64,000 bases of DNA, from positions 1-64,000 of the IMG/VR virus record IMGVR_UViG_3300045921_000730; one strand, given 5' to 3'. The number at the start of each line of letters is the position of its first letter. Position 1 is the first letter of the stretch. Below are positions 58,052-64,000 of the stretch, piece after piece. The notes beneath the pieces were generated by a model that saw only the letters and a program-made list of their open reading frames with translations, had not been told where the DNA came from and did no database searches. Both the position numbers and the translations under genes were made by a program.

Positions 58052-59161
58052 ATGTTAAAACTTTTATCGGATTTTGATTTTATTATACGAGAAGGTAGAA
58101 CCAAAACAAATTATTATAATAATGTTAAATTCAAAAGCTTTGCTGCTTTTATGGAAGCATTGGAACGAGAGGGTTTAGTTCAACCCAAAGAATGTATTGA
58201 CGGGCTTCCCGCTGGTACACTTATGCTCGGCGAAAAAGAATATTATGGTTGGGTCGACATGGTCGGTTCTAACAAAATTAAACTTCTCACACAAGGATCA
58301 CCATATTTACAACAAAATTCAACAAAACATATGATTGTAAAAGGAGAACCAGCTTACTTAGAAATATTTGAGTCCGTTTTAAAACGTCATTCTTTGTTTG
58401 AAGGTTATGTCGAAGAGACTATAAAACCGAAAGACGTAAAGGTTGTTATTAATTATCATAAAAAACTAAATCCGTCTTTGTGGCAAGAAAAAGATGGTAA
58501 ATATCAACTGATTCCAAAAGTTGAGACAAATTTAAAGAAGATTGCTAATGAATTTATTGAATATTTAAAGCTTCCAAAATTAGAAATTGTTGACCTTACA
58601 ATTACAGGAAGCAACGCTAATTATAATTGGACATCATATTCAGATGTAGATTTACATATAATTATTAACTTTGAAAAAGCTAAAAAACATTACGGTGAGT
58701 TATTAGAAGACTATTTGTCAGCAAAAAGAAAATTGTGGGATCATACGCACGATATTAAAATTTACAACAATCCAGTTGAAGTTTATATCGAAAAAAGCAG
58801 CGAAAAACACATTTCAACAGGCGTTTATTCAATTAAAAATCGTAAATGGATTGAAGAACCGCAGCACAAAGAGCCAACATACAATGAAAATAACATAAAA
58901 GAAAAAACAGCAAAATATATGAATGAAATTGACGAGTTGTATTCTGCTTCTGGGTGTGATAGTTCTTATGCAGGAAAATTAATGGACAAGTTAAAAACTT
59001 ATAGACAAGCCGGTCTTGACCGAGCTGGCGAATTTTCAACTGAAAATCTTGTTTTTAAAACGCTTCGCAACAGTGGTTATATTGAAAAACTAGCACAATG
59101 TAAAGTAAAAGGAATTGATGCGAAGTTATCTATCGAAGATGAAGAGTGGTGGAAATATTGA
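58052..59161 (+). CDS. two-domain protein with C-terminal Pol-beta-type nucleotidyltransferase
   Basis: TITGSNANYNWTSYSDVDLHI (GS..DxD), PVEVY, GEFSTENLVFKTLR. Confidence 0.8.
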   Translation: MLKLLSDFDFIIREGRTKTNYYNNVKFKSFAAFMEALEREGLVQPKECIDGLPAGTLMLGEKEYYGWVDMVGSNKIKLLTQGSPYLQQNSTKHMIVKGEPAYLEIFESVLKRHSLFEGYVEETIKPKDVKVVINYHKKLNPSLWQEKDGKYQLIPKVETNLKKIANEFIEYLKLPKLEIVDLTITGSNANYNWTSYSDVDLHIIINFEKAKKHYGELLEDYLSAKRKLWDHTHDIKIYNNPVEVYIEKSSEKHISTGVYSIKNRKWIEEPQHKEPTYNENNIKEKTAKYMNEIDELYSASGCDSSYAGKLMDKLKTYRQAGLDRAGEFSTENLVFKTLRNSGYIEKLAQCKVKGIDAKLSIEDEEWWKY

Positions 59162-59369
59162 AAGGAGAAAAACTATGTTAGGATTTATTACTGGTGTTGT
59201 TGTTGGTGTTGTTGTTGGTGCAGCATTTGCACCATTTTGGATTAAAGTTTTTAATACTGGAAAACAAAAGGTAGAAAAAATTTTTGAAAAGAAAAACTAG
59301 TTGTCTTTTAAAAACAATTTATATATGATTCTGCTGTGTACTAATATACGGCAGAATCAATTTTTTTAT

Positions 59370-59574
59370 CAAACTTAAGGCTGAGAAAACCACGTGATCT
59401 TCAGTCACGTGGATGAATCAGCACATTGGTATCTAATTAATTTGTAGTCATAAATAAAATGTCTGGTTGTGGAACGCAGTCGGACTCTAAACAAAAACCG
59501 AAGGAGGCGCCGGTGATGTTAGCTGGGTCGATGAGTTCGGAAACCGCGTTGTCTTTAGCTACGCGGTAGTTCAT
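59370..59574 (+). mobile_element. mini-element family A copy 6
   Basis: TTTAT | CAAAC... perfect LE hairpin CCACGTGA/TCACGTGG ... TAGTTCAT; follows a terminator hairpin at ~59328-59359. Confidence 0.92.
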
Positions 59575-59613
59575 AAATTTGTGTGATTTAAAAGATAAAG
59601 GTTTAAAATCAAA

Positions 59614-60372
59614 ATGATTAAACATCCCCTGTTTCCCAACGGAAACATCTATCTTTCTGGCGGCATGCAACATGCTCGTGACCTTGGGACTGGTTGGAGG
59701 AAAATTTGTAGTGAACGTTTAAAACAGCTTGGTTTTTTTCCAATTGATATTGCTGATTTAGACATCAAATATTCACAGACTCATGGAGAACTTTACCGTT
59801 TTATATCTGACGATGAACTTCTCCAACGAAAATCAAACATCAGAAAACATTTTATTGAAACAGATATTAATTTAATTAGAAATGATACTGACGCTTTGAT
59901 TGTTCTATATGATGAAAGTGTAAGGCTCGGCGCAGGAACCACAAGCGAAGTTCACGAAGCATTTATGTTAGATATTCCAACATTTTTAATTAATAAATAC
60001 AAATCTCTTTCTGAGATTCCTGGTTGGATGCAAGCGGAAACAACAAAAATATTTAACGAGTGGGAAGATTTATATTCGTATCTTGAAAATCTTCCTTCGG
60101 GCATTTTAAAACGAGACATTTATGGAAATCGTCGTTCTGGAAATTTTTATCTCTGTTCTCTCTGTGGAGCAGTTGAAGAAAAACACAAAACGCACTATGT
60201 ATCAAAAATCTCGCCTCTATATTGTAAAACATGTGTTGAACTAGTGAAAACAACACACGAAACACATTATGACAGATACAAATTTTTCTTAGACTGCCTT
60301 GAGGCTGAAGCAGCTACTGAATACAAACGATCTTTTGCAAACGATCAACAACGAATCCATAATGACGATTAA
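59614..60372 (+). CDS. nucleoside 2-deoxyribosyltransferase-like protein with C-terminal Zn ribbon
   Basis: IYLSGGM..W, ETDINLIRNDTDALIVL..GAGTTSEV; CSLC..CKTC. Confidence 0.65.
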   Translation: MIKHPLFPNGNIYLSGGMQHARDLGTGWRKICSERLKQLGFFPIDIADLDIKYSQTHGELYRFISDDELLQRKSNIRKHFIETDINLIRNDTDALIVLYDESVRLGAGTTSEVHEAFMLDIPTFLINKYKSLSEIPGWMQAETTKIFNEWEDLYSYLENLPSGILKRDIYGNRRSGNFYLCSLCGAVEEKHKTHYVSKISPLYCKTCVELVKTTHETHYDRYKFFLDCLEAEAATEYKRSFANDQQRIHNDD

Positions 60373-60462
60373 CTATATTTGTGACGTATCAAACAAAAAT
60401 TTGTCAAATTTTTAATATGCTTTTGTCATTGCAACAAACACAAACAAATAAGGAAAATTATT

Positions 60463-60789
60463 ATGCCATACATTAAACAACAAAGTCGTGATGTACTCGA
60501 TCCTTGTATTTTAAATTTATTAAATGCACTTCGTGAACTCGAAAGTGATGATGAAAAAAATAGCATGAGTGGAAATTTAAATTATGTTTTCACCAAACTT
60601 CTTGCTACAATTTATGGTTCCGGCAATTACGATGATCGAAGCGATGCGATCAAAACGTTGGAGTGTGCAAAGATTGAATTTTATCGCAAATACATGCAAC
60701 AATATGAAGATCAAAAAGAATTTGAAAATGGATCAGTTGACGTGTGCCTGGAACCAATCATAACAACAACGGGAGTTGTTAAAAAGTGA
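60463..60789 (+). CDS. conserved hypothetical phage protein
   Basis: MPYIKQQSR..GNLNY..LECAKIEFYRK..YEDQK..ENGSV. Confidence 0.7.
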   Translation: MPYIKQQSRDVLDPCILNLLNALRELESDDEKNSMSGNLNYVFTKLLATIYGSGNYDDRSDAIKTLECAKIEFYRKYMQQYEDQKEFENGSVDVCLEPIITTTGVVKK

Positions 60790-61313
60790 AAATCTTTGAA
60801 ATTTTAACACAAAGTAAGGGCACATATGCTGGTGTAAGATATGATGCTGATTCTGTCAATAGACTTAAAAATTTTATTGTACAACACAAAATCCCAAATC
60901 CGATTAAACCACAAAATTTCCATACAACATTACTTTATAGTAGAAAATATTTACCAAACTATAAGCCATGCGGGAAATTACAAACACCATTTTCTGTTAT
61001 CCCAAGCGAATTTGTTATCTGGAAAACCAACGCGTCTGGCGGTGCTGAAAATAACTCACCTCAAACTAATTGTCTTGTACTTAAATGTCAATCGTCCGAT
61101 CTGGTTAACAGACACAATGAATTAATGAATATTCATCAAGCAATATATGATTATCCCGAATATGTGCCACATATAACGCTATCGTACGATGTTGGTGATT
61201 TTGATATATCTACTCTCTCAGCTCCTCACACCATCGGTACTCTTTATGCGGACGAAGAGTATGGTGAGGAATTAAATTTAAACTGGGCAAAAACAAAAGG
61301 AACAAAACAATGA
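60786..61313 (+). CDS. acb1: Acb1 / T4 gp57B-like 2H phosphodiesterase (anti-CBASS)
   Basis: Two 2H motifs FHTTLLYSR and YVPHITLSY; IPNP, VIWKT, LVL, EELNLNW collinear with T4 57B as recalled. GTG start. Confidence 0.85.
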   Translation: MKIFEILTQSKGTYAGVRYDADSVNRLKNFIVQHKIPNPIKPQNFHTTLLYSRKYLPNYKPCGKLQTPFSVIPSEFVIWKTNASGGAENNSPQTNCLVLKCQSSDLVNRHNELMNIHQAIYDYPEYVPHITLSYDVGDFDISTLSAPHTIGTLYADEEYGEELNLNWAKTKGTKQ

Positions 61314-61675
61314 ATGAATTTCCTTATTTATCAATGGTTGCAGCATCTGAAATATCTGAAGAAGATAAACAATCATTTAAACTTTTGTCAGATAAAGCAA
61401 TCAAGTTCGGTTTTGTTGAACGTTTGTCTAACGAAGGAATACTTCAAGCAATTGAAAACATTGCATATGAAATCGCAAAAATGTCTCTTTACACTTTTTT
61501 TAAAAATCCTGATGTTGCAGAATTTACTACGCCGGAAGAATTTTATGAAGATGAAGTGATAGGCGAGGATCTTGAAAAACTTGACGAAATTATTTGGAAC
61601 GTTGCTTTAGCGTCTGGAATCCATCCCGATCTGTTAAATGTTATGATTGATGTAAAGTGCGATGAATTTATATAA
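61310..61675 (+). CDS. hypothetical acidic protein
   Basis: Stop codon lies inside the adjacent element's left end. Confidence 0.6.
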   Translation: MNEFPYLSMVAASEISEEDKQSFKLLSDKAIKFGFVERLSNEGILQAIENIAYEIAKMSLYTFFKNPDVAEFTTPEEFYEDEVIGEDLEKLDEIIWNVALASGIHPDLLNVMIDVKCDEFI

Positions 61676-63005
61676 TCAATTCAAGAAAACCTGATGTTCT
61701 TTAGACGTCAGGATGAATTGAATTTTTTAGTCCTCTTGAGTTTCAATATACCGTTTAATTGTCTCACTATTATATAAATAATATATGACAAAGGTATTTA
61801 TATAAAATGTTCATCAGACAAAATTACAGAATATATCCTAACAAAGAGCAGACCTCAATTCTGAACCAATGGCTTGGTCAGGGTAGATATATTTGGAATT
61901 TCATGTTAACCAAGAACATAGAAACATACCAAGAAACTAAAAAGTTTATTTTTGAAATAGACATGAATAATCTTCTACCTGGTTTGAAACGGCAAGAAGA
62001 AACATCTTGGTTAAAAGAAATACCAGCACAATGTTTACAACAGAAGTGTCAAGATTTGTCACAAGCATTAAAACAGTCTTTTAAGACAAATAAAAGCAAA
62101 AAGGGATTTCCAAAATTTAAGTCAAAAAAGACTGATGAATCTGGCATCAGATTCCCATCATTCAAATTTGAGGGTGACAGGATCAAGTTACCTAAAATGT
62201 CACAAGGAATCAAAATTAAGTTACATCGTGATTTGCTTGGGAAGAAATCATCAGTTACTATATTTCGAGATAAAACCGGAGTCTTCTGGGCATCTATACT
62301 TGTTTCTATTGATGATGTTGTCCCAACGAACACTATTTCTAATGTGGTAGGTATTGATGTCGGATTAAAAGAATTCGCGGTCACATCAGACGCTGAAATA
62401 ATCAAAAACCCGAAATTTCTAAAAAGAACGGCAAAGAAACTAGCAAAAGCTCAAGCAAAACATAGTAGAAAAGAAAAAGGTTCGTCAAACAAAGAAAAAC
62501 AAAGAATTAAAGTTGCAAAAATTTACAGAAAAATAAGCAATCAACGTAAAGATTTTATCAATCAAGTTGCTAGTTCGATAGGCAAGACAAACGACTTGAT
62601 TGTAGTTGAAAATCTCAATGTAAAAGGTATGATGAAAAATCCTAACCTAGCTAAATCTATTTCAGATGTTAGTTGGGGAATGTTTTTATCCGCTTTAAAG
62701 TGGCATTGTAAGAAACGGGGCAAACACTTCGTTGAGATTTCACAATGGTATCCTTCAAGCAAAATGTGTTCATGTTGTGGAAATAAAAAATCAGATTTGT
62801 CCTTGAGCGACAGAACATACGAATGTAAAGAATGTGGTTTCACGATGGATAGAGATTTAAATGCTGCCATTAACATTCTGAAAGAAGGTATCAACCTTTT
62901 CAATACCGTAGGAACTACGGAAATTAACGCCTGTGGAGATATGAGTTCTGAAGTAGGGAACTCAGCCCAGGAAGCTAGTTGTTCTTTAGACAACTAGCAG
63001 TTCAC
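61672..63005 (+). mobile_element. tnpB: IS1341-like (tnpB-only) element; tnpB CDS 61807..62997
   Basis: TTTAT | ATAATC..CCTGATGTTCTTTAGACGTCAGGATGAA left end; GIDVG / VENL / DRDLNAA; RE CTAGTTGTTCTTTAGACAACTAGCAGTTCAC. Confidence 0.93.
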
Positions 63006-63108
63006 AGATAAACTGTTAAAAAAATGATCTGTCGCTTGTCTGAAAAACAAGTGGGATTCGGGTGCATCTTACTAAAGAAATAATCGACGCATTGGTGAGC
63101 AATAACGG

Positions 63109-63139
63109 TTGACTGAATACTTAAAATCGACTATAAATA
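63109..63139 (+). promoter_or_regulatory. sigma70-like promoter for ssrA; its -10 doubles as a T4-type TATAAATA box
   Basis: TTGACT-N17-TATAAA(TA). Confidence 0.75.
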
Positions 63140-63144
63140 TATAT

Positions 63145-63412
63145 GTTAGTGAGTAATCACTGACAATGAGTGTATGAAGCAATCTGTAGACGGGCAAGAC
63201 ACGAGTTCGAATCTCGTCGCCTCCACAAATATTAACTCATGGGGGCGTTATGGAATCGATTGACGGGCGAAGGAAAGTGGACACTTCGAGAGACGACTGA
63301 CGTAATCAGCGTAAAACCTTAAATGCAAACGATGCATTTTATAATGAGGAATTCCGCCTAGCAGCGTAAACCTCAGGGGGAGCGTAGATTCCTTCTTACC
63401 CAACATCTACCG
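63145..63412 (+). ncRNA. ssrA: circularly permuted (two-piece) tmRNA
   Basis: The T-arm and 3' acceptor strand (CACGAGTTCGAATCTCGTCGCCTCCA, to 63225) precede the 5' strand GGGGGCG (63241). G3-U70 pair present. Tag ORF 63325-63369 ANDAFYNEEFRLAA*. Outer ends approximate. Confidence 0.9.
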
Positions 63413-63440
63413 AAAGGACAGTCTTAAGACTGTCCTTTTT
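63413..63440 (+). terminator. intrinsic terminator of ssrA
   Basis: AAAGGACAGTC-TTAA-GACTGTCCTTT followed by a T run. Confidence 0.85.
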
Positions 63441-63448
63441 GTTTTTAT

Positions 63449-63654
63449 CATCTTCAGGGCTGAGAAAACCACGTGATCTTCAGTCGCGTGGATGAATCAG
63501 CCCATTGGTATCTAATTAATTTGTAGTCATAAATAGTAATGTCTGGTTGTGGGACGCAGTCGGACTCTAAACAAAAACCGAAGGAGGCGCCGGTGATGTT
63601 AGCTGGGTCGATGAGTTCGGAAACCGCGTTGTCTTTAGCTACGCGGTAGTTCAT
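63449..63654 (+). mobile_element. mini-element family A copy 7
   Basis: TTTAT...TAGTTCAT boundaries. Confidence 0.92.
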
Positions 63655-63746
63655 TTTAAATTTTTCTCTCTTAATGAAACCCATTTCCGCATATTAAAAG
63701 CAGATATTATTTTCAGCTGTAAATACTCAAAAAAAGGAGTGTTAAA

Positions 63747-64000
63747 ATGAATAAAAATAATGTTTACGTTGAAAACGATGATGATGATGTAAAGAATCCT
63801 TTACCCTTAGTAGTAAAACAAAAATACGCTTACAAATCTTTTGAGCAAACGTTTACAGCACACCAAATTCATTTTTACATTACAGATGATATCGGTGAAC
63901 CGAGCGACTATGTTGAAATGATCCACCGCATTCTAACAGCGTCTCAAAACGATGTTATTTTTATTCATTTAAATACGGCTGGTGGAAGATTAGATACAGG
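63747..64000 (+). CDS. ClpP-like protease, 3'-truncated by window edge (not in the ORF track)
   Basis: AAGGAG RBS; MNKNN...HFYITDDIGEPSDY..IFIHLNTAGGRLDTG matches the ClpP 'I.LYINSPGG' region. Confidence 0.75.
   Translation, partial: MNKNNVYVENDDDDVKNPLPLVVKQKYAYKSFEQTFTAHQIHFYITDDIGEPSDYVEMIHRILTASQNDVIFIHLNTAGGRLDT

Noticed and set aside
59437-59673. ORFs 59437..59673, 63454..63684, 38494..38739 and 40651..40965
   Set aside because: Antisense read-throughs of the mini-element or element-end sequence (all share NYRVAKDNAV-like translations); no RBS or protein features.
95-62993. Numerous short ORFs antisense to or overlapping well-supported genes (e.g. 95..493, 2948..3322, 12457..12774, 14128..14923, 41413..41730, 56095..57772 alternative frames, 62049..62993)
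   Set aside because: Shadow ORFs of real genes with no motifs or RBS.
29954-63654. The ~205-bp repeats as a CRISPR array
   Set aside because: Copies are dispersed kilobases apart, far longer than CRISPR repeats, and carry transposon-end hairpins. No repeat-spacer periodicity and no cas genes are seen anywhere in the window.
1-64000. Stop-codon reassignment (alternative genetic code) as in some jumbo phages
   Set aside because: Conserved genes (thyA, prs, def, phoH, tnpB) are full length in code 11; the only interruptions are local.

Overview
AT-rich segment of a large lytic (jumbo, T4-like) bacteriophage genome, standard genetic code. The phage assignment rests on TATAAATA late promoters, sigma70-like early promoters, an Acb1/gp57B-like gene, a spanin pair, a GH108 endolysin and many short proteins with 'MKxxEIL..E'-type N-termini. 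Metabolic and host-derived genes include thyA, an NAD-dependent ligase split into two ORFs, phoH, a PlcP/Agt-like lipid-remodelling pair, def, prs, Hsp20, RNA ligase, a fatty-acid desaturase, IscA-like, TauD-like and ClpP-like genes. RNA genes are three tRNAs, one tRNA remnant and a circularly permuted (two-piece) tmRNA. The dominant unexplained structure is a dense TnpB ecosystem: six tnpB genes with catalytic RuvC residues and no intact transposase, seven ~205-bp protein-free mini-elements (left end + promoter + omegaRNA-like scaffold + right end, all 3' of TTTAT), two ~200-bp promoter-driven omegaRNA-like cassettes of a second family, and about a dozen solo right-end hairpins. Each mini-element could express a guide RNA with a different spacer taken from its flank. 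All family calls come from motif recognition by eye; no database searches were run.
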